A stretch of 58,150 bases of DNA from an uncultured Coriobacteriia bacterium (GCA_903831865.1 CAIKZH010000003.1:1-58150); one strand, 5' to 3'. Shown: positions 29,362-38,915, counted from the first letter of the stretch. Numbers and translations: made by a program. Notes: generated by a model from the sequence alone, not told the origin.

Positions 29362-29664
29362 TCACACGAACGTGGGCGGCTCGCCGTCGCATTCACCATC
29401 CACGCGGACGAGGCCGGCAGGAGGGTCCGGTCGCGAATGGCGCCTGCGAAGCCGCTCCTCGCGCACCCGCAACTCGCCCGCGACCTTGGCCTCACCCGAC
29501 CAGAACCGCGCGTGCAGCAGGGCAGCCTCGAGCAACTCCATCCAGTCGGTCTCGGTCAGATGTGCCGCGTACTCGCTGCGTCCCCACGCCGCCCACCACT
29601 CGCGGGTTATCTGCGGCCACTTCACGTGGCTCGGAAGCTCGGGCTGAGGCGCGCCCTGGCTCAT
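29362..29664 (-). CDS. Actinophage-type terminase small subunit-like protein
   Basis: WPQITREWWAAWGRS...TETDWMELLEAALLH..FW....ELR pattern; C-terminus diverges. Confidence 0.6.
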   Translation of the reverse strand: MSQGAPQPELPSHVKWPQITREWWAAWGRSEYAAHLTETDWMELLEAALLHARFWSGEAKVAGELRVREERLRRRHSRPDPPAGLVRVDGECDGEPPTFV

Positions 29665-30875
29665 GACCGGGTCGCCTCCTTGCCGGTGAAGGTCTCCCAG
29701 CGCTTCACGATCACGTCGCAGTAGGCGGGGTCGAGTTCGAGGCCGTAGCAGACGCGCCCGAGTTGCTCGGCGGCGATGAGCGTGGTGCCGGATCCGAGGA
29801 ACAGGTCGAGCACGCAGTCCCCGGTCTTCGACGAGTGATCGAGCGCTCTGGCCACGAGCGCGACCGGCTTCATCGTCGGGTGCTCCTCGCTGCGTCTCGG
29901 CCGAGGTATCTCCCACACGTCGTCGAGATCCCGGCGGTCGCAGAAGGTCGACGCACCCTTCTTCGGCCAGCCGTACCAGATCGGCTCATAGCGCCTGTGG
30001 TACTTCGAGCGGCCCAGCACGAAAGTGTCCTTGACCCAGATCACCGTCGCTGACCAGTGAAGGCCGGCGCCGCGGAGCGCGAAGTCGAGAGATGGCCACT
30101 CCGATGCTCCCAGCACGCAGTAGACGTCGCCTTTGGCGAAGGCGGCGATCTGCAGCGCGACCATGCCGAGGAAGTCGTGGAAGTCTTGCGGCGAGAGGTT
30201 GTCGTTCTTGAGGCCAGGACGCTGACGGTGCCGCGGGTTGGAGTCCAGGCCGATGGCCACGTTCCAAGGCGGGTCCGTAAACACCATGTCCGCGTCTCGG
30301 TCCGCCATCAGGCCCTTCACGTCATCGGAACTGGTCGCATCGCCGCACAGCAGCCGGTGATTCCCGAGCATCCACAGGTCGCCCGCCTTCGTGACCGGAT
30401 CCTCTGGCGGCTCGGGCGCCTCGTCCTCGATCACCTCTGGCCCGGCGGACGGGGCCGCAGTGAACAGCAACTCGAGCTCGGAGTGCTCGAAGCCGGTCAG
30501 GTCCATGTCGAACTCGCCCGTGTCGAGGTCGCTCAGCAGGTCCTTCAGCATCGGCAGGTCAGGCGCGGCCAGCTCCGCGATGCGGTTGTCGGCGATGAGG
30601 TCGGCCCACTCCGCGGCCTCGCTCTCGTAGTCCTGCCAGTCGACAGGCACCTGCTCGAGCTTGAGGACGCGTGCGGCTTCCAGCCGGCCGTGGCCTCTCA
30701 CCACGAACCCGGAGCGCGTCGAGACCGTGATCGGGGCGCGCCAGCCCTGGGCGGAGATGATCTTGGCGAGCAGCTCGATCTGGGAAGCGGGGTGCGTGTT
30801 GGGGTTGCGAGGGTTGCCGGTGACTCGCTCGATGGGCACGAGCTCGTCGTGGGCGCACAAGACGTCGGGGCTCAC
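29661..30875 (-). CDS. ParB-N-terminal DNA methyltransferase (N4/N6)
   Basis: NPRNPNTH, GHGRLEA, IADNR; HRLLCGDAT, FTDPPW, HPTMKPV, DLFLGSGTT. Confidence 0.92.
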   Translation of the reverse strand: MSPDVLCAHDELVPIERVTGNPRNPNTHPASQIELLAKIISAQGWRAPITVSTRSGFVVRGHGRLEAARVLKLEQVPVDWQDYESEAAEWADLIADNRIAELAAPDLPMLKDLLSDLDTGEFDMDLTGFEHSELELLFTAAPSAGPEVIEDEAPEPPEDPVTKAGDLWMLGNHRLLCGDATSSDDVKGLMADRDADMVFTDPPWNVAIGLDSNPRHRQRPGLKNDNLSPQDFHDFLGMVALQIAAFAKGDVYCVLGASEWPSLDFALRGAGLHWSATVIWVKDTFVLGRSKYHRRYEPIWYGWPKKGASTFCDRRDLDDVWEIPRPRRSEEHPTMKPVALVARALDHSSKTGDCVLDLFLGSGTTLIAAEQLGRVCYGLELDPAYCDVIVKRWETFTGKEATRS

Positions 30876-31324
30876 GCGTCTCTCCTTGCTCGTCGGCTTA
30901 CTCGGGTCTTGGCGTGGTGGCAGGGCAGGCATCGGCAGTAGAGGTTGGCCACGTCGTTAGTCCCGCCATCGGACAGCGGATCGACGTGATCGCACTCCCA
31001 CGGCTGCCCCTCGGGGAACAGGCGCCCCTTGAGCTTGGTCCCGCAGTCCTCGCACTTGCCGCCGGCGAGCTCGTAGCGCTTCGCTCGATTGCGCGCGTAG
31101 TCCGGATCCCGATAACCCTCCCGCCACTTCTGCGATTCGCGTCGGCGCTTCTCCTCGGTAAACGTGTGCTCCGGGCAGTAGGTCGACCCGCCAGTGAGCC
31201 GTCCGCACTTCGCGCACAAGGTCGACTTGGCGCCTCCGCGCTTGTGCTTGGCGCATCTCGCGGTGCCGTCCTCGGTGATGCGCCCGCACACGAGGCAGGT
31301 GCGACTGGGTACCGGAGTCCTCAC
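30872..31324 (-). CDS. HNH endonuclease (terminase-associated, gp74-like)
   Basis: CEDCG...ECDHVDPLSDGGTNDVANLYCRCLPCHHAKT. Confidence 0.88.
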   Translation of the reverse strand: MRTPVPSRTCLVCGRITEDGTARCAKHKRGGAKSTLCAKCGRLTGGSTYCPEHTFTEEKRRRESQKWREGYRDPDYARNRAKRYELAGGKCEDCGTKLKGRLFPEGQPWECDHVDPLSDGGTNDVANLYCRCLPCHHAKTRVSRRARRDA

Positions 31325-31893
31325 GACCGCCTCGCGCGGCTGCCGTACCGCTCGCGAGCGTCGGCGACCAGCGCAGGAAGATGGCGCCTTATGGTCTCCG
31401 GGCAGAGACCCGATTCCGCAGATGCCGCGCGCAGCGTAGAGCCTCCCCGCAGCAGGCGCTCGGCAACGACGAGCGCCGGAGCGACGCGACCCTCGAAGTG
31501 CCTTCGGTGAGCCTCCGCTGACGCCTTCTGGTGGACTTCGGATGAGATCCCCAGGGCCTTGCGGCGTTGGGACTCCCGCCCTGCGGTCGACAGCGTGCGG
31601 GGGTGTCGGCACCCGTCACTCCCGCGAAGCGCGTCCGGATTCGCCTTCCCGCGAGCAACCATCCGCAGGTGATGGTCCTCGTCGCAGATCACCGCGGACT
31701 TCGTGAGATGTCCCATCTCACGCAACACATGGCAGTCCACGTCGTGGACCCGGTGCGCATGGCCTGCGACGACGCGGTAGGGACCGCAGCCGCATATCGG
31801 ACAGATGCCGTCCTCAAGTAGGCGCCTGATCTCCTCCGGCTCGGCGGCCTTGGATACGTCGACAATCGGCCGGTTGTACTTTCGACGGCTCAC
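31321..31893 (-). CDS. Ros/MucR-like zinc finger plus HTH protein
   Basis: CPICG.G.YRVVAGHAHRVH; C-terminal TLRAASAESGLCPETIRRH. Confidence 0.6.
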   Translation of the reverse strand: MSRRKYNRPIVDVSKAAEPEEIRRLLEDGICPICGCGPYRVVAGHAHRVHDVDCHVLREMGHLTKSAVICDEDHHLRMVARGKANPDALRGSDGCRHPRTLSTAGRESQRRKALGISSEVHQKASAEAHRRHFEGRVAPALVVAERLLRGGSTLRAASAESGLCPETIRRHLPALVADARERYGSRARRS

Positions 31894-32507
31894 GTCCGCT
31901 CCCGCTTCCGTGCCACGCGGGTGTGGGTCCAGCAGAGGCCGCCGGTGCCGTTGGCGTCGTTTCTACATCCGGGCACCGAGCACTCGGCCGCACGCTCGGC
32001 TTGCTTTGCCGCGGCCTGGATCTCACGCTGGGCCCGGCGCTGTTGTTCGATCTCGTGGTACTGGCGCACACGCTCCTCGGCGTAGCAGGTGAAGCACAGG
32101 CCGCTGGCCGTGTGTCTCGCCGGCCACCTGCCGCATGCCGGGCACAGGGCCGGAGGGTTGGCGGCGTCCTCCGCGATCCTGCGCTCGATCAGCGAGAGCG
32201 ACAGCGCTCCGGACAACGCCTGAGTTCGGAAGATGGCGTTCTCGCCGGAGGTCCACGACTCGCCTCGCGTCTGGCTGAGCATGATGCCGCGCCTGGATCC
32301 AGGCTTGCGCAGTTCGACGCGCATCCGATGCGCCTTGCGCTCCACCGCAGCGACGGTGCGACCGAGGGCCTCAGCGATGGCTCTTGATCCTTCCTTCGCG
32401 TGTCCGCGCAGGTAGCGGATCTCGCCCGACGACCACGGGCCTGAAATCATCCGCGCGGAATCATCCACCCTCCGCTCGGCGGCACTCCCTTCGCGACGAA
32501 TGGTCAC
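31890..32507 (-). CDS. Hypothetical HTH/Zn-binding phage protein
   Basis: WSSGEIRYL...IAEALGRTVAAVERKA; CPACG...CFTC. Confidence 0.6.
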   Translation of the reverse strand: MTIRREGSAAERRVDDSARMISGPWSSGEIRYLRGHAKEGSRAIAEALGRTVAAVERKAHRMRVELRKPGSRRGIMLSQTRGESWTSGENAIFRTQALSGALSLSLIERRIAEDAANPPALCPACGRWPARHTASGLCFTCYAEERVRQYHEIEQQRRAQREIQAAAKQAERAAECSVPGCRNDANGTGGLCWTHTRVARKRERT

Positions 32508-33337
32508 GCGGCCCCCTTGAAGTCTGACGCGTACCACTTTTCGGACGCCTCGGAGTCCTTCCGTCTTGCCACCATCCGGTGGATCGCTGATTGTGAGACG
32601 CCCATGGCGCGCGCTATCGATGCCTGAGACGCCCCCGCCTCCAGCATCTCCAGCGCCCGGAGTTCATCGGCGTCCCTCAAGGCGCGGGGATGGCCTATCC
32701 TCGGCTCTCGCATCGCCCATCTGGCCATCTGGCGGGACAGGGCGTCGCAAGACACGCCGACCGCTTCGGCTGCATCCTGCAGCCGCATGCCGCTCTCGTA
32801 CATGGCGGCCGCCCGACGGTATTTCGGCTCGTACTCTCTCGCGACCGCCTCACGCTGGCGGCGGGACGCCGATCTACGCTGATCGTCGGTGAAGTTGGCC
32901 CTGGCACGGGCTGCGCACGCAGCGCGCTCTTCTTCAGTGAGCCTGCGAGTCTGCCGAGGAGCGGGGCTCGTTCTATGACGTTCCGCTTTCGCTCCTTGAC
33001 CCTGTGGAAGGTGCGACGTGTTGTCTCGGAGCCGCATTTCGTCCGACAACTCCGACGAGCAGAGTGGCGTCGTGTACGGCAGGTGGGCCGCTTCCCGCAA
33101 GTCGTCGGCGCTGATCCCGTGGGCGAGGTGCGCATGCACGGCGAGAGACCTCCACCCCGCGCGCCCACAGATCGGGCACTCCTGAGCTTCGATACACGCC
33201 CGCACCTGTTCGGGACTCCCGAGGTTGTGGTGAGCGGTTCGCTCTGCGTCCATCTTCGTTAGATCACACCGCGCATCGTGCTTCGAACGTCGGTTCTTGG
33301 CGCATTGGCTCGGCCCGTGCAGGGGATTAAGCGTCAC
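32504..33337 (-). CDS. Ros/MucR-like zinc finger plus double HTH protein
   Basis: CPICGRAGWRSLAVHAHLAHGISADDLRE...TPLCS; two C-terminal HTHs. Confidence 0.65.
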   Translation of the reverse strand: MTLNPLHGPSQCAKNRRSKHDARCDLTKMDAERTAHHNLGSPEQVRACIEAQECPICGRAGWRSLAVHAHLAHGISADDLREAAHLPYTTPLCSSELSDEMRLRDNTSHLPQGQGAKAERHRTSPAPRQTRRLTEEERAACAARARANFTDDQRRSASRRQREAVAREYEPKYRRAAAMYESGMRLQDAAEAVGVSCDALSRQMARWAMREPRIGHPRALRDADELRALEMLEAGASQASIARAMGVSQSAIHRMVARRKDSEASEKWYASDFKGAA

Positions 33338-33383
33338 GACTCCTCCTCCGCTCCTTCGGACGCGTGCGCTTTCCCGAAGCCCC

Positions 33384-33605
33384 TCACCTGGTCACACTGC
33401 CTTGCTCACGCCACTTGCGGAGCATCCCGGAGACGTAGCGGGTGTTCATGTCTTTGCCACGCTTGGCTGCCTCGTCGATCGCCTGCTCGGTGTTGCCCAT
33501 GCCGTAGACGCGCAACCATCGCGCGACCCACGACCACTCGCCATCGGTCAGGTCTCGCCCGACGAATCCGTCCCAGTACGACCGCTCCAGCTTCCCGTCG
33601 CTCAC
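33384..33605 (-). CDS. Small DnaD-like domain protein
   Basis: TEQAIDEAA...RYVSGMLRKW. Confidence 0.55.
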   Translation of the reverse strand: MSDGKLERSYWDGFVGRDLTDGEWSWVARWLRVYGMGNTEQAIDEAAKRGKDMNTRYVSGMLRKWREQGSVTR

Positions 33606-34267
33606 GCTCGCGCCTCCTGTTGCGTCTCGGCCTTGAGGATGTGGGCGATGAGCCGCATGTTGCCCGGCTCGCCCTGAACGGCCGCCTGCCCGATCGCCTG
33701 CTTGGTCGCCTCTTCACCGAACGCCCTGCACCACTTCACGATCGAGCGGATCTCGTCGGGCTTGGCATCGCGGCGAAGTTTCTCCTCGAAGTACGAGCGC
33801 ACCGGGTGAGGGGCTTCTGTCTCGCGTGCTATCGACAAGACCTTGTCTCTTGAAGGTGAAGGCGTAGGAGAAGGTGAAAGAGAAAGAGAAGCGGCGTTGT
33901 CCGCTGCTTCCCGCTGTTCTTCGCTGTTGAGCGGCGGGCGCCGCTTGTCGGCGTGGATGTTGGACTGATAGCTGTAGAAGGACGCGGGTGGAAGGTAGAT
34001 GACCTCAGCTCCGCGATCCCACAGTTCCAGCAGTCCGGCGTCCTCGATGATCGCGAGCGCCTCTTCGACGTCCTTCGGCGTCTTGTCTCGGCGGTACGGG
34101 CATACCAGGGCGAGCAGGCGCTTCGGGCAGCCCGTGATGGTGGCGTCCTCTTCGACGTGCGGGATCATCCACGTGTAGAGCAACGCCGCGAAGTCGCTGC
34201 GCTGCGCGACGGCGTCGACCTTCTCGTCCAGGGAGATGTCGGTCGAGATGTTCCGGCGCCGGCTCAC
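33602..34267 (-). CDS. Phage replication initiator (wHTH plus DnaD-like C-terminus)
   Basis: RRNISTDISLDEKV...ALLYTWMIPH; SPSPTPSPS linker; C-terminal helical domain. Confidence 0.7.
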   Translation of the reverse strand: MSRRRNISTDISLDEKVDAVAQRSDFAALLYTWMIPHVEEDATITGCPKRLLALVCPYRRDKTPKDVEEALAIIEDAGLLELWDRGAEVIYLPPASFYSYQSNIHADKRRPPLNSEEQREAADNAASLSLSPSPTPSPSRDKVLSIARETEAPHPVRSYFEEKLRRDAKPDEIRSIVKWCRAFGEEATKQAIGQAAVQGEPGNMRLIAHILKAETQQEARA

Positions 34268-34406
34268 GACTCGCTCCCGCAGCGGGCGATGAGCGTCTCG
34301 GCGTCCGGATAGCAGACCATCGGAGCCGTGAGCCGATCGCCCTCGACGTCCCAAGGCTTGTCGAGGACGCTCAGGTCGTCGATCTGCAGGACGCGTTCAG
34401 GCACGA

Positions 34407-34625
34407 CTACGGCTTGGACTTGATGGCGCTGACGATGCCCTCGGCCACGTGCAAGACCGTGCGATAGGCGCCGTAGACGACGGGGATGACGCCGGCGAGC
34501 GTCATGGCGTCGGCCTGGACGGGCACGCTCGCGGGGATGATCTTGAGCGCGACGGCGGCCGACAGCACCGCGAAGAGCAGCATGAACCAGAACGACGTGC
34601 TTTGAGTGCCGGGACCGACTTGCAT
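34407..34625 (-). CDS. Small two-TM membrane protein
   Basis: Two hydrophobic segments; GGAGG RBS. Confidence 0.5.
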   Translation of the reverse strand: MQVGPGTQSTSFWFMLLFAVLSAAVALKIIPASVPVQADAMTLAGVIPVVYGAYRTVLHVAEGIVSAIKSKP

Positions 34626-34750
34626 GGGGACCTCCAGATGCGGTGAGCCGATGGGTCGCTAAATGGCCGCGGCACCGCCTCCTCGCGGACTCCGCCGCAC
34701 GAACGCGCCGCAGAAATCTGCGAGCCTGCATTCGCGCGACATCGCAGTGC

Positions 34751-35104
34751 TCACAGCAGCCGCCCGACTACCCACGCTGCGGCGATCTCAGGCGGCAGAT
34801 CGTCGTGGGGCCTCGAGCTCGGCGGGTCGAACTTCGACAAACGCATCGGAACCTTCCCGGCAAGGTCGGGATAGCGGCCGACGAGGATGCGCGCGAGCGG
34901 ACCGCTGTAGCTGTTGTCGACCGCGTACGGGCTGCCATCGCGGTCGAGGTGACACTCGTCCCTGAGCCGCTCGATCCCCTTCTTGACGCGCGGAGTCTTG
35001 TGGTCAGCGATGGCCTCACGCAGCCACTTCACCAAGAGCGCTTCTGCGTCCGGGTTTGCATCCAGCCACGAGTGCGCGCGAATCATGGCGTCGGGGCGAC
35101 TCAC
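34751..35104 (-). CDS. Hypothetical phage protein
   Basis: Coupled to the upstream resolvase stop; WLDANP...IERLR...VDNSY. Confidence 0.5.
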   Translation of the reverse strand: MSRPDAMIRAHSWLDANPDAEALLVKWLREAIADHKTPRVKKGIERLRDECHLDRDGSPYAVDNSYSGPLARILVGRYPDLAGKVPMRLSKFDPPSSRPHDDLPPEIAAAWVVGRLL

Positions 35105-35595
35105 CGGCGTGTCTTCTGCATCGCGAGGTAGTGGAGACCGTGCGCGGCCGCGCTCCGCAGGTGTTCGTTGCGCAGCACCTCGTCTCCCGGACAGATGCCG
35201 TGCTGTCCCAGGGCCCAGAGCCGCATCGCCTGCGCGTAGGCGGTCATGACCGTCTCCGGGTCCTGCCACACGATCTCGCCGGAGTCCGTGAGCGAGCGCA
35301 GGACGGGCACGAGCAGCCCGACCGTGAGCGGAGTCGTCCAGCGGTTCTTCGCCGCGCGCAGATGACCGGGGATGTCCTTGTACGACTCGCAGGCGAGCAC
35401 ATCGGCACGCGGCCACTCCGCGGTAGCCTCGGCAATCTCGGCGGCCATGTGCTCGACTCGCGTCACGCAGGGACCGAACTGGGGACAGGTCGCTCCGGCC
35501 TTGGAGCGGACGGTGAGGGCGCGCGCGACACGGCGGCCCTCGAACAGCACGAGGCCGGTGTTGGCGAGACCGGGGTCGATGGCGAGAAGGTTCAT
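35101..35595 (-). CDS. RuvC-like Holliday junction resolvase
   Basis: MNLLAIDPGLANTGLV, LACE, EHLRSAAAH. Confidence 0.75.
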   Translation of the reverse strand: MNLLAIDPGLANTGLVLFEGRRVARALTVRSKAGATCPQFGPCVTRVEHMAAEIAEATAEWPRADVLACESYKDIPGHLRAAKNRWTTPLTVGLLVPVLRSLTDSGEIVWQDPETVMTAYAQAMRLWALGQHGICPGDEVLRNEHLRSAAAHGLHYLAMQKTRR

Positions 35596-35743
35596 CGGCC
35601 CCTCACATCGAGCGCCTCGGCGATGCCAAGAATCGCGGACTCGCCTGAGAGCCCGATGCCCGCGGTGTCGTCGAGCACGCAGGTGACCTGGGACCGGCAG
35701 GACCGGCCGCCGAAACCGATTCCAAACCCGACGCGAGAGGCGG

Positions 35744-36643
35744 TCATGACCGCGACCCCTCACCGGGCCACGTCACTTCCGGATCCGCGTCGGTGGCGAC
35801 GCGCTCATCCTTCGGCGCGATTCCGTCCAGGACCGTGGCAGCCTGCTCGGCGGTAAGGTCCTTGGCGGCGCGCACATGGAAGCGCGTATTGAGCGCGCTG
35901 CGCAAAGCAGGGACGCTCCTGCCCGACGCCTTCCAAATCCGCTCGATGGCGGCGATCTGGTCTGATGATGCGAGCTGGACCGCGGTGAGCGGGACGTCGC
36001 TCAGGTCCTCGATGTCCTGCGTGAAGATGTCTGAGGCGGCGGTGGCCGAGAGAATGGCCGCGATGAAGGCGCGCTTCTGCGCCATCTTCAGCACCGTGTT
36101 GTAGTTGTCGGCCGGATTGTCGTGCTCGACCTTCTCGCCGGCGACGACGATCTCCCATGTGCCGGTGTCCGGGTTCTTCTTGGTGGAGTGGCCCCGGCCT
36201 CCCAGGAGCGCGATCGCCTCAGCCTGCTTGTCCTTGCGCAGATCCCAGTAGGCGGGCGGGACCGGCTCGCCGGTGAAGGTGACCTCGCCGGTGCGGAATC
36301 GGTACTTGCCCTCCTTGGTGGAGCAGGATCCCATCGCGTCGCCGACGACCTGTCCGGTGACCAGCGACGTGAGCGTGCAGGTCAGGACGTAATCGCGGTG
36401 GTCGTTATCGAGCTTCTCGACGTCGCGGTGATAGCTCGGCGCGAGGCGGAAGGTCATGGCGAGCTTCTCGGCGCCGGGCTTGAGCAGGCTGGGCTTGTCG
36501 CCGCACCCGGGGATCTTGCCGTAGTGCTCACCCTCGTGCATGACGCCCGCCATGACCTGCTGGATGAGCGCGACTTGCGCGATGATGTCGGCGGGAGTCA
36601 GCACCTCGTGCTGACAGATCGCGAGAGCGGTGTCCTCGCTCAT
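35744..36643 (-). CDS. Putative single-strand annealing/recombination protein
   Basis: HYGKIPGC.DKPSLLKPGAEKL...NTVLKMAQKRAFIAA..ASDIFTQDIED. Confidence 0.7.
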   Translation of the reverse strand: MSEDTALAICQHEVLTPADIIAQVALIQQVMAGVMHEGEHYGKIPGCGDKPSLLKPGAEKLAMTFRLAPSYHRDVEKLDNDHRDYVLTCTLTSLVTGQVVGDAMGSCSTKEGKYRFRTGEVTFTGEPVPPAYWDLRKDKQAEAIALLGGRGHSTKKNPDTGTWEIVVAGEKVEHDNPADNYNTVLKMAQKRAFIAAILSATAASDIFTQDIEDLSDVPLTAVQLASSDQIAAIERIWKASGRSVPALRSALNTRFHVRAAKDLTAEQAATVLDGIAPKDERVATDADPEVTWPGEGSRS

Positions 36644-36894
36644 CGCGCGCAGCCCGGACCAGCGGCTTTGGCTGCGGAAACCGGACTGCTGAGCGAGATG
36701 AGCAGTTCCGATGGCGGCACGCCGAAGGCTTCGGCGACGCGCCGGATCGTTGTCCGAGAGACTCTGCGGCCGGCGAGAAGCTGTGCCAGCGTGACACGGT
36801 TCACGCCTGACGCCGTGACGAGGTCCGCCAGGTTCCAGCAGCGCTCGTCGATGAGCGCCCTAACGCGCGCCACTGAGATTTCGGGGGCCTTCAC
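36640..36894 (-). CDS. XRE-family HTH protein
   Basis: LADLVTASGVNRVTLAQLLAG...IRRVAEAFGVPP. Confidence 0.75.
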   Translation of the reverse strand: MKAPEISVARVRALIDERCWNLADLVTASGVNRVTLAQLLAGRRVSRTTIRRVAEAFGVPPSELLISLSSPVSAAKAAGPGCAR

Positions 36895-37085
36895 AGATCT
36901 GCCTCCCACTCCATGTGCTCGTCGGCAGTCGTGTCGAGCCACCGAACGAACCCGCTCTTGGGGATGCGGATGGTCCGACCAAATCTGTGATAGGGGACGT
37001 TCTTTGACCTGATGAGCCCGTACAGGTAGTTCTTGGAGACGCCGATTGCCTTCGCCGCCTCACCGACCGAGTACTCGAGTTCCAT
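36891..37085 (-). CDS. Excisionase/Cro-like HTH_17 protein
   Basis: YSVGEAAKAIGVSKNYLYGLI....P..RFGRTIRIP. Confidence 0.85.
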   Translation of the reverse strand: MELEYSVGEAAKAIGVSKNYLYGLIRSKNVPYHRFGRTIRIPKSGFVRWLDTTADEHMEWEADL

Positions 37086-37190
37086 GGTATGGCGCTTTCT
37101 CTCACTCGGTAGCACTTCCGGCCGCTATGTAACCACTCCGGGTTGCACCACACAAGGGTTCGGTTCAGATTAGGTCATGCAAATGTCAGT

Positions 37191-37236
37191 CACCGGGTGT
37201 ACCTTATTTGCACCGGGTGACCTATAGAGCTAGAAT
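37191..37236 (+). promoter_or_regulatory. Repressor promoter with overlapping operator repeats
   Basis: TTGCAC (37208) N17 TAGAAT (37231); CACCGGGTG at 37191 and 37211. Confidence 0.65.
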
Positions 37237-37254
37237 CCGCATCGAGGGAGACGA

Positions 37255-37641
37255 ATGGAGCCAGAAGCGCGGGTTGTCCTGTCCATCGACGAAGAGGCGT
37301 ACATGGCGGATCAGAAAGGGCTTCGGGCGGCATCGAGGCTGAAAGCGACGACGGTCTACATGCTCGACCTGCCCGAACTCGGATATCGAATCCAGAAGGC
37401 GCGTATCAACCGGCGGTACCCCACCGCGGCGGCCATGAAGAGAGCACTCGACGATTGGTGCTCGGCGCACGGGATGCCGTCGCTATCGATCGGGATGGTC
37501 CACCGACTCGAGACAGGTAAGCGCCCCCTGTCGGCCGACGAGATCCTGATGTTTGAAGAGGTGCTCAAGCCGGAGGGCGGGCCGGCGTACTTCCTGCCGA
37601 AGATCGGCGAGAGCGAACCGGACTGTCAGCCGGGCGACTGA
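37255..37641 (+). CDS. Prophage immunity repressor (XRE HTH)
   Basis: LGYRIQKAR...SIGMVHRLETGKRPLS; divergent from the early operon and upstream of the integrase. Confidence 0.75.
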   Translation: MEPEARVVLSIDEEAYMADQKGLRAASRLKATTVYMLDLPELGYRIQKARINRRYPTAAAMKRALDDWCSAHGMPSLSIGMVHRLETGKRPLSADEILMFEEVLKPEGGPAYFLPKIGESEPDCQPGD

Positions 37642-37642
37642 G

Positions 37643-38803
37643 GTGACCCGCCGCGCTCTCGGATCCCGCGTGGAGGTTTCACCGGGGCTCCATCGTCTCC
37701 GCGTTCCATGTGAGCCCGACCCGGAAACGGGGCGGCGCCGGGAGATTGATCGGCACTTTAGAGGCAGCGCGCGCGAGGCGGACCAGGAGCTCGCGCGCAT
37801 GCTGTCCGCCGAGGGTCACGCAGGCCCGCCCTCGGCCATCGCCTTGAAGGAGTACCTGGAGCAGCGGTATCTGCCCTGGGCCGAGGGACGGCTCCGGCGG
37901 ACCACGATGGCCGGCTACCGAAGCGTTGTCAGGATCCACGTCGTTCCTCGACTCGGGTCCCTAAGGCTCTCGAAGGTCACGCCGCATGTCATCGACATGT
38001 GGGTCGCGCGCATGCTCCGGGAAAAGGTGAAGGATCAGACTCGCAACCACGCCTACGTGGTGCTCCGCACGGCCCTCAGGCAGGCCGTCGCCTGGGGGAT
38101 GCTGCCCTCCGATCCGACCGTTGGGACGCGTGCGCCGAACGTGCCCGAACGCGACTTGGTGACGCTGGACATCGACCAAGCGAACAGGTACCTCGACGCC
38201 TTCGCGGGGACTGCGTGCGAACTCGCGGTCGTGATCGCTTTGGGAGTGGGGCTGCGTCGGAGCGAGGCGTGCGCTCTGCAGTGGAGCGACCTGAAGCTCG
38301 TGGCGCCGACGGGCGACGCCCCCGCATCAGGAGCGGTCACGATTACCAAGGCTCGCCACCAGTATGGCCGGGAGGTCTGGACGACCGAGCCGAAGTCGAA
38401 GAGCAGCCGCCGGGCGCTCTTGCTCGCCCCTTGGGTGGTCGAGGCGCTGCTGCCGCACCGCGGACTCGGGCCTGTGGTCTCCATGGCGCCGGACGAACTC
38501 ACCCGCGCCTACCGCAAGACGATCAAGACATTCAACGCGGAGCACACCAAGACGCCCCTGCCCTACGTTCCGTTCCGCGATCTGCGCAATGCGCATGGCA
38601 GCATCATGGTCGACCTCGGAGAGGGCACGAAGGCGATTGCCGACTACTACGGACATGAGACGTCGGAGGTAACCGAGCGAAGGTACATCCGTCCGCACCT
38701 GGCGGTCCAGGAGCGCTACGTCGCGACCGTCCAGAGGATGCGACACTCCCCGCAAAGTCCCGCAACCGAGGGGGACGAGAGGGTATCGGCGGGGACGGAA
38801 TAG
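37643..38803 (+). CDS. int: Tyrosine integrase of the prophage
   Basis: GLRRSEACALQWSDL, PKSKSSRR, FRDLRN, YGH...TERRY. Confidence 0.9.
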   Translation: MTRRALGSRVEVSPGLHRLRVPCEPDPETGRRREIDRHFRGSAREADQELARMLSAEGHAGPPSAIALKEYLEQRYLPWAEGRLRRTTMAGYRSVVRIHVVPRLGSLRLSKVTPHVIDMWVARMLREKVKDQTRNHAYVVLRTALRQAVAWGMLPSDPTVGTRAPNVPERDLVTLDIDQANRYLDAFAGTACELAVVIALGVGLRRSEACALQWSDLKLVAPTGDAPASGAVTITKARHQYGREVWTTEPKSKSSRRALLLAPWVVEALLPHRGLGPVVSMAPDELTRAYRKTIKTFNAEHTKTPLPYVPFRDLRNAHGSIMVDLGEGTKAIADYYGHETSEVTERRYIRPHLAVQERYVATVQRMRHSPQSPATEGDERVSAGTE

Positions 38804-38867
38804 CTGCCGTGAGCCCCTTTGACCTGCGGTTTCGTCTCCCCTCGTCCCCCGCTGTCACCCCCACGGC

Positions 38868-38915
38868 GGTTTCCTAAACCATGTGCCGCAGGTTCGAATC
38901 CTGCCGGGGGCACCA
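38868..38915 (+). other. Attachment site: duplicated 3' half of tRNA-Arg(CCT)
   Basis: GGT-TTCCTAA-ACC...GCAGGTTCGAATCCTGCCGGGGGCACCA; no D-arm or acceptor 5' half upstream. Confidence 0.85.

Larger units (their letters stand above)
3166..38915 (-). mobile_element. Siphovirus-like prophage (HK97-type head); left boundary may lie outside the window
   Basis: Colinear lysis-tail-head-packaging-replication-immunity-integrase modules ending at a tRNA 3' duplicate. Confidence 0.93.

Noticed and set aside
38840-38915. Intact tRNA-Arg gene
   Set aside because: Only the anticodon loop to CCA is present; no D-arm or 5' acceptor strand
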